This document shows, piece by piece, positions 41,947-54,673 of a DNA stretch of 64,000 nt. The notes below the pieces were generated by a model that was not told the origin of the DNA, ran no database searches, and saw only the letters and a program-made list of their open reading frames with translations. The position numbers were made by a program, and so were the translations under genes. The DNA is taken from the NCBI RefSeq assembly GCF_006345805.1, contig NC_043005.1, forward strand, positions 7,564,001 to 7,628,000, read 5' to 3'. The DNA is from Octopus sinensis. Taxonomy: Eukaryota. Numbering within the stretch: the stretch's first letter is position 1; the number at the start of each line of letters is the position of its first letter.

Positions 41947-42024
41947 TTCACACTGAAAAGATTTTTGTTCAGTAATTGTTTCACCACTCTATGCCTGTAT
42001 CCGTATGTATGGTAAAAAAAAACA

Positions 42025-42179
42025 GGCGTAACTTTGGTATATGTACCGGATACATTTCAAGAAAGTACTTTTTTTTTTATATATGGGGAGGTGTTAGGGT
42101 TAGGGGTGGGAGAAAAGGGTTTCTGTTATCTTCAGAAATGTAAACAAAGTCACGTGTGTACCTATACCGAAGCATCGCC
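42025..42179. mobile_element. Small MITE (Merlin-like), 8-bp TSD aaaaaaca
   Basis: ggcgtaactttggtata..tataccgaagcatcgcc; internal gttagggttaggg. Confidence 0.8.
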
Positions 42180-42573
42180 AAAAAACATTTGCATTAAATG
42201 CATGCAGGTGATTAATGCCTTCCAAATCTCGAGGAATTTTTAAAAGCTGGCGAATGTCCGCGAATGTAATCTATTGTAGTTCAGTTTAAGGTCTTGGATA
42301 TCATAGGATGTTGTTGACATGTGTAGAAAATATGCAATATAGATATATTTTCAACTTACCATTTTATCGCTTGTTGCTAATTAGGTCTTCTCCATATTGC
42401 TGGAGACAAGAAGACTTCTGATTCTACTCTAAGAAATATAGGTGTTTAATAAATATCATACATGCTAAAACAGTATATACTCTACATAAACAGCTTGTAT
42501 TGGACATGTTGGTGAAATCGGCGCTCTACAGGTTATAACAGAACGTTCTGACAACACAACTGCGTGTGCACGT

Positions 42574-42618
<45 letters not shown>

Positions 42619-42621
<3 letters not shown>

Positions 42622-42968
42622 CAGCGGACTCGCGGTTTCGATTCCCAGACCGGGTGTTGTGAGTGTTTATTGAGCGAAAACACCTAAAAAAGCTCCACGA
42701 CGCTCCGGCACGGGATGGTGGTGATCCCTGCTGTACTCTTTCACCACAACTTTCTCTCACTCTTACTTCCTGTTTCTGTTGTACCAGTATTTCAAAGGGC
42801 CGGCCTTGTCACTCTCCGTGTCACGCTGAATATCCCCGAGAACTACGTTAAGGGTACACGTGTCTGTGGAGTGCTCAGCCACTTACACGTTAATTTCACG
42901 AGCAGGCTGTTCCGTTGATTCGGATTAACCGGAACCCTCGTCGTCGTAACCGACGGAGTGCTTCCATC
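42619..42968 (+). mobile_element. Probable SINE with truncated tRNA-like head
   Basis: B-box-like ggtttcgattccc after a (TA)n tract; GC-rich body. Confidence 0.5.
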
Positions 42969-43573
42969 CATATATATCGCTCGTGTTTAGTAAAGAATCA
43001 TGTTCGTTCCATCACGGGAAATAGAAAAGTAGTGTTTGCTGCATGTTGTGATGGTGATCCAAATATTTGATTTGGGAGCCTGTAGGAAAAGTGAATTTTG
43101 GTGATTAACACGAGATAGTCATTACCCGATAAATTCCTTTCTACAAAAGGCACCAAACCTTGATATTACAGAGGTACTAGTAGCACCACAGAGGTACTAG
43201 TAGCGTAGACTGGACCCGGTTTGCGCACCACAGAAACGAAATGAGATGTCACTAAGATAAAGAGTTACCGGTGTCGCTGACAATTTTTCCTCCCCCCGAA
43301 AAGATACCGGTAACATAAGTTAACGTTAATTGAAGTCACCAAGAAATTGTCATCATTTATAATATTCACAGTTAAACATGTAAAACTGAGACGATGTAAT
43401 GTACTTTGTGCATTTACACTGCTACACGGACATCAATTTGTTAAAATTATTATTTGTGTTGTAACAACACTGTCATCTGTCGAGACTTCGCAATATATCG
43501 TTAGTTCCTCCTCGCAGAGCCTTGGAATAAATTTGGTAGACGGAAACTGTACGGAAGCTAACTGTGTATGTAT

Positions 43574-43611
<38 letters not shown>

Positions 43612-43746
43612 GAGAGTAGTGATGTTTGTATGAAGTATTATCTGATGTATATAAATGTTTTTAATTAATTATTACTTTAAAAAAAATGGCAAAACAATGC
43701 AACTTATAAGAAAAGTACCGGTCGATGGTTAATACCTTTACTTGGC

Positions 43747-43787
43747 ATTTCAATATTTCAGGGTTAGGATTGCCTCCTTCAGGAAAT
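43747..43787 (-). ncRNA. Degenerate minimal hammerhead-like motif
   Basis: Minus strand: atttc-CTGAAGG-agg caatcctaac cct-GAAA-ta-TT-gaaat. Confidence 0.45.
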
Positions 43788-45202
43788 CTTCAGAGAAATG
43801 GCGTTGTGAGATGAATACATGAATGCAGCTCAAAAAAAAAAATCACGGGGGTTTTGTCCGGATCTCATAAATTAATTGTGACTTTATTACCGGTCACCGA
43901 ATACATAACAGAAAAGTATTTCCTATTTTCCTTCTTTGAAGACATTATGTCTTCAAAGAAGGAAAATAGGTAATACTGTCTGGAGGGTGTAGTCTGTTTT
44001 TTTGTTTTTTTTTTTAATGGGAAGATCATGGCAAGAATACCTTTGGTTATAGGTTTGCTGCATCAAGGGTCTGATTAAATGCTAAATCACTAAATTCCCC
44101 ATCCCTAACTTCCTTCCAATAACCCGCTTTCACTTCTAAAGTTGGTAATTCAAAATGTTTCAATTACAGTAGAGGGGAGATAACTCAAAAGAAATGACTG
44201 CTTTTAAAGGTTGTTATAGACTTAAGGTTAGTTTGTGGAACATCACTGTATTCTGATTTCTTTTATTTATGTCTGATCTTAACATGATTGCTTCTACTAT
44301 ACTGACCCATTAAATATATTTATAACGAACAGCTTACACATACATATCAGAGTCAGAAATAAGAATACCTTGCAGGTGGTCGTCGCTATTGATTTAGTTC
44401 AAGGACTTAGGTACCAGATACCAAGAGTTAGCACTAACATCGCAGCAGTACTTAAATTTAGTTTGTTTATTATTCAAATGTACATCTCAAACAAATATCA
44501 CTATATATAAAAAAAAACAAAAAAAACAATTTGGCAGCTCAAACTGGATGCCAAAACTAAATATCTTTGTAATTACAGAAGGCAAAATAGCAACTGTTTG
44601 AGGTAAGTGAAATGACACTGAGAATATATTTCTTTATTACCCACAAGGGGCTAAATACAGAGAGGACAAACAAGGACAGACAAACGGATAAGTCGATTAT
44701 ATCGATACCAGTGCGTAACTGGTACTTAATTTATCGACCCCGAAAGGATGAAAGGCAAAGTCGACTTCGGCGGAATTTGAACCCAGAACGGCGTGCTAAC
44801 GATTCTGCCAGCTCGCCAGCCATCCACATTAAGCTGGATTTCCTTAGGAGCCGCTGGGATTTTTAAAACTCCTTGTATCACGACGACGATGATTTTATTT
44901 CTTTGTTTGTTCGTGTTTCTTTCATAACTTTAAAATACTTATAGGAAACAAATAATACCGTTTCATTCAGGTTAAGGCACTGGAATTGTTTTATTGATAC
45001 TTTTAATATTTTTCGAGTTAAATTGGGAAAGCTTCGATTAGGTGGGGGTAAGAATTATTTTAAAGAATGCGAATTGCAAATGTTTCTGAACACGGAGCTT
45101 TAACGGTAATCCTCGCCGTGAAGTCAGAGCGAGTTTTAAAAAATGTATAAACAGTATCAGCATAGCAATGTTGGAAGAGGCGACTTTGATGAAGATATTA
45201 AT

Positions 45203-45218
45203 GGCCCTGAAAAGGGCC
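45203..45218 (-). terminator. Histone 3' stem-loop of the H4 pseudogene
   Basis: GGCCCT-TTTC-AGGGCC, ~30 nt after the stop codon. Confidence 0.92.
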
Positions 45219-45246
45219 GGTATGTCTGAAAAATTTGATTTTAGTT

Positions 45247-45487
45247 TTAACCTTCAAATCCGTACAGAATCCGTAAAGAATAAACATTCATAGCGGTCAC
45301 ATCATCATGGATAACATTCTGAAGAAATACCGTCAACACACCGCGTATTCCTTCGTAGATCAAACCAGAGATACGTTCGATACCACTTCGACGACGGATA
45401 TTGGGCATGGTGATACCATGGATGTTATCTTTCTCAACACCTTCCTGTAATGCTTAGCGCCTCCGGCAATCTTTCACGGTCATTCAT
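45247..45487 (-). pseudogene. H4: Histone H4 pseudogene
   Basis: Minus strand reads [65 protein letters not shown]; frameshifts and deletions. Confidence 0.92.
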
Positions 45488-45548
45488 GATAAAATATTTC
45501 TTACGATCAAATTTCAAGATAGACTTATGAATCACTAGAAAATATGCA

Positions 45549-46773
45549 CAGGGCGCGGTGAATAAATTATCGTCTAAATTGCATAAAAGTGAACATAACA
45601 GACATTTCATTCTAACATACATTTACCAGAATTACGATTCAATAAAATCGCCATCGGCTTCAACGACAGCCTCCAGACGACATTGGAATTTCCCGCAACA
45701 CTTCCGGACGGTCTCCTTGTTTAAGTTGATGAATGCTGCCATAATCCTTGCCCTCAGTTCATCTTTGGTGTTACAAGGCGTTTTGTTGGTCTCTCGCTCA
45801 ACTGCGCCCCACACATAATAATCAAGGGGGTTGCAGTCTGGGGAGTTAGGTGGCCAAATGTTAGGGGTGATGTGGTCGCAGAAATTGTCTGACAGCCATG
45901 ACTGGGTTCTCCTGCTTGTGTGGCATGGTTCAGAGTCCTGTTGCCAGATATAGGGTCTTCCAGCAGCTACCCTCTTGACCCAGGGTAGCACCACCTCCTC
46001 CAGATACTTGATGTAGACCTCCGTGTTAAGTGTGAGGCCGTGTGGAAAGATGACTGGTGGCATAACGTCACCATCACTAGTGATCACTCCAAACACCATG
46101 ATGTTAACTGGAGGGTTATCTGTTGGTACATCCTTTGGGGACACTACAAGCCAACGGTTGTCCTGTGCGTTCGTCTGATCCTGGCAGAAATTTTTCTCGT
46201 CTGAGAAAAACCAAAGCACATTGGGTTGGAGGGGATGCTGGAGTTTATTCAAAAGCTTCGTAGCGCGGTCTTTCCTTTTGTCCTTGATGGCTTGGGATAA
46301 AAATTGGCCCTTTCTCATTTTGTAAGAGGAATACCGAATGTCTTCATGCACTACCTGCCTGATAAGGCGCTCAGACACTCCCATGTCCCTGGCTATGGAC
46401 CTGTTTGACTTGGAGGGATCATTGTCAATAACGGCCCGGATCTTACAAACAAATTCAGGAGTTCTTTTCTTATCAGAACGATCCGAGTGAGTTTTCCGAG
46501 CTGCCGTACCTTCGTAATCACCATTAGATTCATCCAACTCTTTCCGAATTCTCTGCACTGTCCTCAGGTTGACACCCAAACACTCTGATATGTTCATATT
46601 GGAGCTTCCGGCGCGAATGCCAAGCAGTACGGCATGTCGTTTCCAAATTTCTGGCACAGTTAATTGCGTCATGGTGTCCAACTGACCCTACGAAACTGTG
46701 TAGTCGACAAAATCAAAATACAATGCGCAAAATTTTAAATATAAAACAGCGACAATTTGTCAGTCGCACCCTG
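45549..46773 (-). mobile_element. Tc1/mariner maT (DD37D) transposon
   Basis: Imperfect TIRs cagggcgcggtgaataaattatcg / cagggtgcgactgacaaattgtcg; TA at the right end, CA at the left. Confidence 0.88.
45632..46672 (-). CDS. DD37D transposase, open 346-codon ORF
   Basis: HTH region, FSDEK, WQQD-x37-D (SPDCNPLDY); first ATG at 46672. Confidence 0.88.
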   Translation of the reverse strand: MTQLTVPEIWKRHAVLLGIRAGSSNMNISECLGVNLRTVQRIRKELDESNGDYEGTAARKTHSDRSDKKRTPEFVCKIRAVIDNDPSKSNRSIARDMGVSERLIRQVVHEDIRYSSYKMRKGQFLSQAIKDKRKDRATKLLNKLQHPLQPNVLWFFSDEKNFCQDQTNAQDNRWLVVSPKDVPTDNPPVNIMVFGVITSDGDVMPPVIFPHGLTLNTEVYIKYLEEVVLPWVKRVAAGRPYIWQQDSEPCHTSRRTQSWLSDNFCDHITPNIWPPNSPDCNPLDYYVWGAVERETNKTPCNTKDELRARIMAAFINLNKETVRKCCGKFQCRLEAVVEADGDFIES

Positions 46774-46775
46774 TA

Positions 46776-47395
<620 letters not shown>

Positions 47396-47425
47396 ATGTG
47401 GAACATAATGTGAACATTATAAAAT

Positions 47426-47441
47426 GGCCCTTTTTAGGGCC
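47426..47441 (+). terminator. Histone 3' stem-loop (H3)
   Basis: GGCCCT-TTTT-AGGGCC. Confidence 0.92.
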
Positions 47442-47696
47442 CCCTAGATTATTTCGAAAGTATTTTCTTTCGTTCATGGATATGCTATTTGCTTACCAGT
47501 TACTCATTTGTTTTAATATGTAATCTTGTAAAAATTTGGCGGTGACCGATTCTTCGATATCTCAGCTTACACTCTGCAGTATTTTTTAGATATTTCTCTT
47601 AACTATACAACAGCGATTATTTTTCGAAGTAAATCATCTGAAACGTAAAATATTCAACAAACTCTGACGTCGTTTATTTTCGTTTTCCAATGTTCA

Positions 47697-48080
47697 TCTT
47701 TATATATAAAAGTGAGGTTGTGTGCTGTCTGTCTCCTACGATTTAGATTCCTAACTACTCCCACATTTTGTGGTGCAGTTTAACCAAAACCGGGTATCTT
47801 ATAGTCGTGATTCATATCGAGCCCTTCTGGGTATTAGCGCGCGTCTACCATGAGTCTACGATTTAAAAAAAAATTTACCATCATTTATTTCCGTTTTAAT
47901 GCATTTTTTCGCCATTATATAAGGGAAGTAACTCTCTAAAAATGTCTAAGATGAGTCAACGATTTAAAAAAAATTTACCATTTTTTTTTCCATTTTTAAT
48001 GCATTTTTTGGCTATAACTCTAAAAATGCTTTATAGTTATTTCCCTTACAAACCCGAGCAACGCCGGGCGATACTGCTAG
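47697..48080 (+). mobile_element. Non-autonomous Helitron-like element
   Basis: A|TC...hairpin CTAG|T; copy of 312-680. Confidence 0.75.
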
Positions 48081-49962
48081 TTATGTATATTTATGTGTTT
48101 GTCCCCTACCGGTGCAGGTGTATTTACGTCCCCATAACTTACCGGTTCGGCAAGAGACCGTTAGATTAAGTAGCAGGCTTTGAAAACAAGTACTGGAGAT
48201 TGAAGACAAAAAAACAAAAAAACAAATTGAAGTTTAAATTGTAAATTCAGAAGACAAAGGTCTGTCAGTTCATCCTCATCTATACAAGAAATGGTTCTTA
48301 TGAATAATGCTTACGTACATTTGTAGCCTCTGCATTAACTAAACCCAATATCCCTTAACCGTTTGAAAATGCATGTACCTGTTAGTAAGATTATGTAAGC
48401 GTAGAAATTAACCAAAAGTAAGAAATTTACCCAAAATACTGTACATCTTAAAAGTAAACTAACCTTATACATGGAGAATAGATATTAATTTTATTGGAAT
48501 TTCATATCAAGACGCCTACATATGTTCGGTTTTCTTCGTTTTTGACTGATTTTTCCCAATTTTTTTCTTCACGACTGCCTTGGATATGATGGGCATTTTT
48601 TTAAGCACCTCCCTCTTCGAACCGATTTTAGTCTATTATTTTTTTCTGCACTACGCTCTTGGAAGAAGCCGTTTCGCCTCCTCGTTTGTAACGTTCAGAT
48701 GTATTGTTTTTCCAATATTTTTTTCCCCCGTAACCATGCTATTAAAACAAATTTGAAAACCATTTATTTCAACCCTACTTGTCCCTCGTTTCTGTTTATA
48801 ATTTTAAAATACTGTAGATCCCGAAAAAAAATCATAACTGGGATTTATCTACAGTGGTTTAAAAGAAGCATGCGAAAGAATTCATTTTGGCGGAATTATT
48901 TTACACCCTCATCCCCAAATCCTAAAATCTCATCTCTTTTTTTCAAATTTTATTTTACTCGGTGTTTAAAATCCGGACAGTCCGAATTTTTGCTTCAGCC
49001 CAGTAATGGACCCCGCTTGGGTACATTATCATTCCAGTAAATGTATTTACGAAGAGAAAAATATTGAAAAACATCGCTACACATCAGTACCAAAGAAACG
49101 AGGAAAATATCAGGTGGTCGTGAGATGTGCTAAAAATAGCAGCTAAATTGCTCTTACATCACTAATTTTTTCATAATCTTATGAATTCCTACGTGTAGAA
49201 CACATTCGAAAAAATTTTCAGAAAATTCCAAAGAATAAAAAAGTTATGTGGTTTGCTTAAACCAGAAATTTGTCTTTTTTGCTAATTCAAATTCAACAAT
49301 ATCTAGGAGAATTGGACCTTCCCTCAGGGATGGCAGAGCTGAAAAAAGTAAGGATCCAACAAGAGAGGGGCAGTAAAGTCAGCCCTGGGTCAAGTACAGT
49401 AAAGAAGAATTATCTATGGCCCGTGCTCCACAGGAGTGAAGGGCTTAAGTGAGTAAAAAAATTATAATTACTTGTTGAATATAAAATCCTTTGTATTTGC
49501 TGAGGTCCTTGCAGTTGATGCAGTTTTGCACATTTTTCAATATCGGACAAAATGAGGATCACCTGGAATATAATTTTTACACCTAAGTGATTGTAAATTT
49601 TTGAGGGAAGTAAATAATAAATGTATTTATTAATCTAATTTACATCGAATATTTTTATATCGCTAATAATAAAAGATTACAAAAAGTCACTTGTTTGGCA
49701 ATCAAGGAATTGCCCTAAGTATTTGAAATAGCATAAGAAATTAATATAATGATCCTCATTTAAAACTGAAATATATTAATTTAAAATATTAAACTAAGAA
49801 ACTAGAGCTAGATTATTCAGTATAACTCCTGTGGGAACAGTTTTTAAAAATAACCAAATAAACCTAGAGCTACAAAGTTTTGGGCAAAATGAACAAATAG
49901 ATGTTATGTAACTTTCAAAAAAAAAAAAAAAGAACCTATATCTAAAAGATGAAGAATTATTT

Positions 49963-50274
49963 ACATCATTTACATTTGACGGATATTTGTCCTCATCTTG
50001 CTTGTTGTTAACACAACGTTTCGGCTGATATACAGGTGTCTTGGAATTTCGAACCTGGGTTCTCATTCCTAAGATATTTTTCCGACGACGACGTTGTTGT
50101 TGTTCAGGTCACTGCTTGGAATCGAGCGCGGGTTACTAACCGCAAGATTCCGAGTTCGATTCCAAGCAGTGACCTGAATACTACTACTAATAGTAATATC
50201 GAAAAATACCTTAGGAATTTCCCTCATAACAACAAACACGACAAGGACAAATATCCGTCAAATGTAAATAATGT
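49963..50274. repeat. Fold-back element with a tRNA-like SINE segment and a deleted hammerhead remnant
   Basis: atttacatttgacggatatttgtcct is inverted at 50244-50270; related copy at 55843-55985. Confidence 0.65.
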
Positions 50275-51941
50275 TTAAAAATGAAGATTTTAATTTCGCA
50301 TGAATTACTCTGTCATATTACTGCAGGAAATTACTCTGAAAGAAATCTTTGCAGAAAGGTTAGTAGGTTGATTACGTATTTCTTTCATTATGTTATCGCA
50401 GTTTTGTGAGATTTGGCTGTTACTTCTAGTATGTGGATAGCCTACTTGAAGGCCAAGGCGGTAGAATTGAGAGGAGGAGAGGTATTTCTCTTTTTTAAAT
50501 CGAAATTTTACAATTTTTTTCAGAATCGGGTTCTCCATAGCCAAAATCGTGGGATTTCATATTAAATAAATCAATATATATCCATTTTCCTGCAAGTTAT
50601 GAGGGAAAAATCGGATCTTGTGAATTTTCCAAAAGTCCCCTCCCATCAGGTTCGTTTGCGCAATTTTTTTTTCACATTCATTTTCTACAGTTGTTAACAC
50701 CCAGCAGGCTGGTTTTTTTTTTTTTTTCGTTAACGGGTGAGGGAGGATCTCTTTATTTACCAGTTTATCTACCCTGCTATCCTTTGGGTCTTCGGATTTT
50801 TCAAAGGCGTTTTTGTTACATTTTCGTAATGATTTATACTTCTATTTTTCTTTCACATGAAATTCTAATATAATCTACAATCTGAAATGTCTGAAAATTT
50901 TATTACAATAAACCATTTTTCAGGAAGTTAGAAGGAAACCAAATCAGGGGTGGACATGAATACATCTGTGGTTATGACCCGCCCATCCCAAATTAAAGCT
51001 GCTCAACAATAACAAAAATCTGACTTCCAACCGTTTACATATTCGTTTCGCTTATTCAGCAAACCCGAGGCTATATTTGTATGTTCCCATATTGATTTGC
51101 TTTTGTTATCTATTCTGGAGTTGTACTTAGAGCCCCAAATATGTATGGGAGGACGGAGCGTTCGATTCTTCAATCAGTTGGGTACTTTAGTAAGGGTTTT
51201 CATTCCGTATAACTAATCTATTAGCTGAAAACGAATACCAACTAGCTGTTAGTGAAGCCCTCTTCTTCTCGTTACAACATCCTCGATGTTCCTCCAGTTG
51301 GGAAAGCCGTGAAGGTGCCTTAAGTCTGCTCATAAAACAATAGCGAAAGCTACAATATTCGCCAGCGAGTGATTATGCTTATAAAAATTCGGTGATGTTT
51401 TGGGTTTAAGTACATATGAAATAGGAAGGTCGCTATAGTGACTAACTGTTGTTCGTTTTAATTGAATGTATGTAAAAACGTAACAATTTTATCTCCTCAA
51501 AAAACTCTATTGAATTCGAGACGTAACAAGTACCGCAAGGGTTTTTTTTTCCCTGCGTTTTACCATTATTATTGATTATTCTAACAGTCTGTTTTGCCAT
51601 CGATTAAATTGACTAGTATTTTCTTTTCTTTCACATGAAATTCTATTTTATGAAAGGCGAAGTTTTCTTTAAGGATACGTAATTAATACCGACTATAGTT
51701 GATCACAAATTGCATTTTAGTAGGCTTTTTTTCTTTTTTTAGGTAAAATTGTCTGCACTGGCTCGGCGATCTTTTATTTGAATTTAGCGCCTTATGAGTT
51801 CATTGGCGGATGACAGTCAGGTGACAAACTCTAACTCCGCCTAATTAGCTTACTGACTGCGGAGACCTGTAGCTTATTTAAACTGATAAGAACAAAGAAA
51901 ACATTTTAGCTGTCTGCTACGTAACTGTAATCAACTCAACA

Positions 51942-52319
51942 ATGTCTGGACGTGGTAAAGGAGGCAAAGCCAAGGCCAAGAGCAAGACTCGATCTTCTCG
52001 TGCCGGACTTCAGTTCCCCGTCGGCCGTATTCACCGTCTTCTACGCAAAGGAAACTATTCCGAACGTGTCGGTGCAGGGGCCCCGGTCTACCTTGCTGCT
52101 GTAATGGAATATTTAGGTGCTGAGGTGTTGGAATTGGCTGGAAATGCTGCCAGAGACAACAAGAAAAGTAGAATTATTCCCCGTCACTTGCAGTTAGCAA
52201 TCCGTAACGATGAAGAATTGAACAAACTGCTGTCTGGAGTAACCATCGCCCAGGGTGGTGTTCTTCCTAACATCCAGGCTGTCCTTCTCCCTAAGAAGGC
52301 CCACAAAGCAGCTAAATAG
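51942..52319 (+). CDS. H2A: Histone H2A, replication-dependent
   Basis: [42 protein letters not shown]; intronless. Confidence 0.99.
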   Translation: MSGRGKGGKAKAKSKTRSSRAGLQFPVGRIHRLLRKGNYSERVGAGAPVYLAAVMEYLGAEVLELAGNAARDNKKSRIIPRHLQLAIRNDEELNKLLSGVTIAQGGVLPNIQAVLLPKKAHKAAK

Positions 52320-52346
52320 GTTAATTACCTTGGTTTTTCAACAAAC

Positions 52347-52362
52347 GGCCCTTATAAGGGCC
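52347..52362 (+). terminator. Histone 3' stem-loop (H2A), loop TATA
   Basis: caaac-GGCCCT-TATA-AGGGCC-acca. Confidence 0.9.
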
Positions 52363-54464
52363 ACCACAGTTTACGTTTAGTTTTCTCCTGATTGTTGATG
52401 AATGCGATAGACTTATTTCAAGTTTAATCTTTTTTTTTTCGCTTTGATAGTTTAAAAAAAAGTTGTCTTCACTTACGTAAATGGTTTCATTTTTCGTAGA
52501 TTAAAAAAAATGCCTTTTGTTTCACGAAATTTTTACTTTTCAGCAATTGGACTTCTTGAAGTGACAGTATCTTTGTCTAAAAATGTTTTGGTTAATGATT
52601 TGCTTAAATTTGAACATGACCTTTTGCTTACGCTGCGGCCCTTATTTGTCCTCGGATATTGTTAGATGGAAGGGCGTTAGACTTCACTACGATTTTGTGG
52701 CTGGTGATCGACTGTATAGAAATTCAGTTACTTTTTATGACTACAAATACGAGGATTTCCCGAGATGACGGTCCAATTCATATTTTCCTCCAGTATCTAA
52801 CGGTTCAGTTATGCGCAATTCTTATTCAAATTTCAAGGAATAACTTTTCATCCCAGGAATGAGGCGTTTCAACCGTCTTAAAAAAAAAAAAAATTTGGCA
52901 CTGTCATGCCTTTAGTTGTCAGGAGGAAAGTAGAAAACAGTTTTCAAACTAACAAAAGCCAGCGGTGGAATTCTGGTCAAGTACATCATATAGCCTCTCA
53001 TAACTTTACATTTAAAAAAAAATATTTAAAGAAAATTTTTGCGAATGTGTTCTACGCACGACAATTCATACGATTATGTAAACTACCCGTGATTTAAAGG
53101 CTATGTAGCTGTTATTTTTAAGCACACGTCTCGACCATCTCTCACACCCTCCTTATTTATCAGTTTGACGTATTGATGTGTACTTTTAAACCAGAATTTC
53201 GTCAAATCAGCCACAATTTTTCTTTCTTTCTTGTATTTATATATTTCTTTCCAAGTTAGAAACTCTCTTGAACATGAATTCGTCCGCCCACTTTTCTATC
53301 TTCACTCATTCCTTGCTTTTCCCTTTTTACTAGAAACACTGTCGTAGACACCCAGTGAAGTTTCGGAAAAGGCACACCATTTGACCGAATTGTTTTGAGC
53401 ATGAAATCTTTTCAGGCGAACGTAAAGAATACGTACACTCGGTGTTTAGGGTTTGTGTTATGTCGAAAACGGGTGGTACGTATTCTTGACCTCCGCCAAA
53501 TATTCTCTACTCTAGACACAAGGCCCGAAACTTTTGGGGAGGAGGTCAGTCTATTAGATCGACCTCAGTACGCAACTTGGTACTTAATTCATCGACCCCG
53601 AAACAATGAAAAGCAAAGTCGACCTCGGCAGAATTTGAACTCGGAATGTAAAAATAGACGAAATACTGCTAAGCATTTCGCCCAGCGAAAAATATGAGCT
53701 GCAGTAGTAACTTACGCTGTAAAAGTAAATATTAATGAATAAGGTAATGATTTCTAAATATAGGCGAATCTGTAATTTTCAGAAATTTTTGCCAATGTAG
53801 TGTACACACGGGAATTCATACAACTGCGCAAAAACCCAAACAAAAATATTTTTGCGAGATTTTATTCCACGGCTTCTCAGAAGCTGATTTAAATGAAAGT
53901 TGTGTGTGAACTTGGTGGAAAGAGTTTATTGGAATAATTATACGACGTTTTGTCCCGTAACACCCCAATTGGAAATGCAATGAATCTAAGATACTTGTTT
54001 CCCTGTCAGGAAGAAAGATAAGGGCTAAAGAAATAATACAGCCCTTAAATCACGCCAAAACTTTTTGTGTTATTGCGCAATCGAATGAATTCCATTCGCA
54101 AAAATTTCTGAAAGCTGTAAAAGTTATCACGAGTTGTATTGGGTGCTTAAAGTAGAATTTCGCCGAATATATATATTTTTTGCTTTCTACCACAGGCACG
54201 AAGCCTTTTGTGGGGAATAGGCTCGTGAATTACTTCGACCCCACCCCCAGTGCTAAAGGATGACCTCGGCGGAATTTAAACTCGGTCCGACGTACTGACG
54301 GTTCTTTGCTGCAGCTAATTATTATTATAACCAGGCGGGAAGAGAATAGTTAAAGAACCAATTTTTCATAAAGTAGTAAGAATGTTATAAAACACTGGAT
54401 ATTTTCTTGTCACTTAATTAAAAGAAAAAAAAAACGCATATTGGGGAGGCAAAAATGTATTTAA

Positions 54465-54673
54465 ATTTGAGTTTGGCGCCTTGCGATTTCATTGGCAGAA
54501 AATGTCAAGTGACAACTATGCTAACTTAGTACTTGTTGACTGCAGATGCCTAATTATTGGAAGATTAAATGTATATAGGCTACCATTTTTACCGTTTATT
54601 TCAAATTTGCAATGTCTAGGCGCAATGTAGCAACAGCCAGATTTACTCCGCTTTATCCTCGTGCAGGCTTCAG
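54465..54673 (+). pseudogene. H2A: H2A promoter plus 5' coding remnant
   Basis: Aligns to 51776-52013: gcgcctt..ttcattggc..gtca.gtgacaa..tgactgc; caATGTCT at 54612 and tcgtgcaggcttcag (RAGLQ-like). Confidence 0.65.

Noticed and set aside
51230-51335. Possible H2B remnant divergent from the intact H2A
   Set aside because: Only a short KKR-like match; no convincing alignment.
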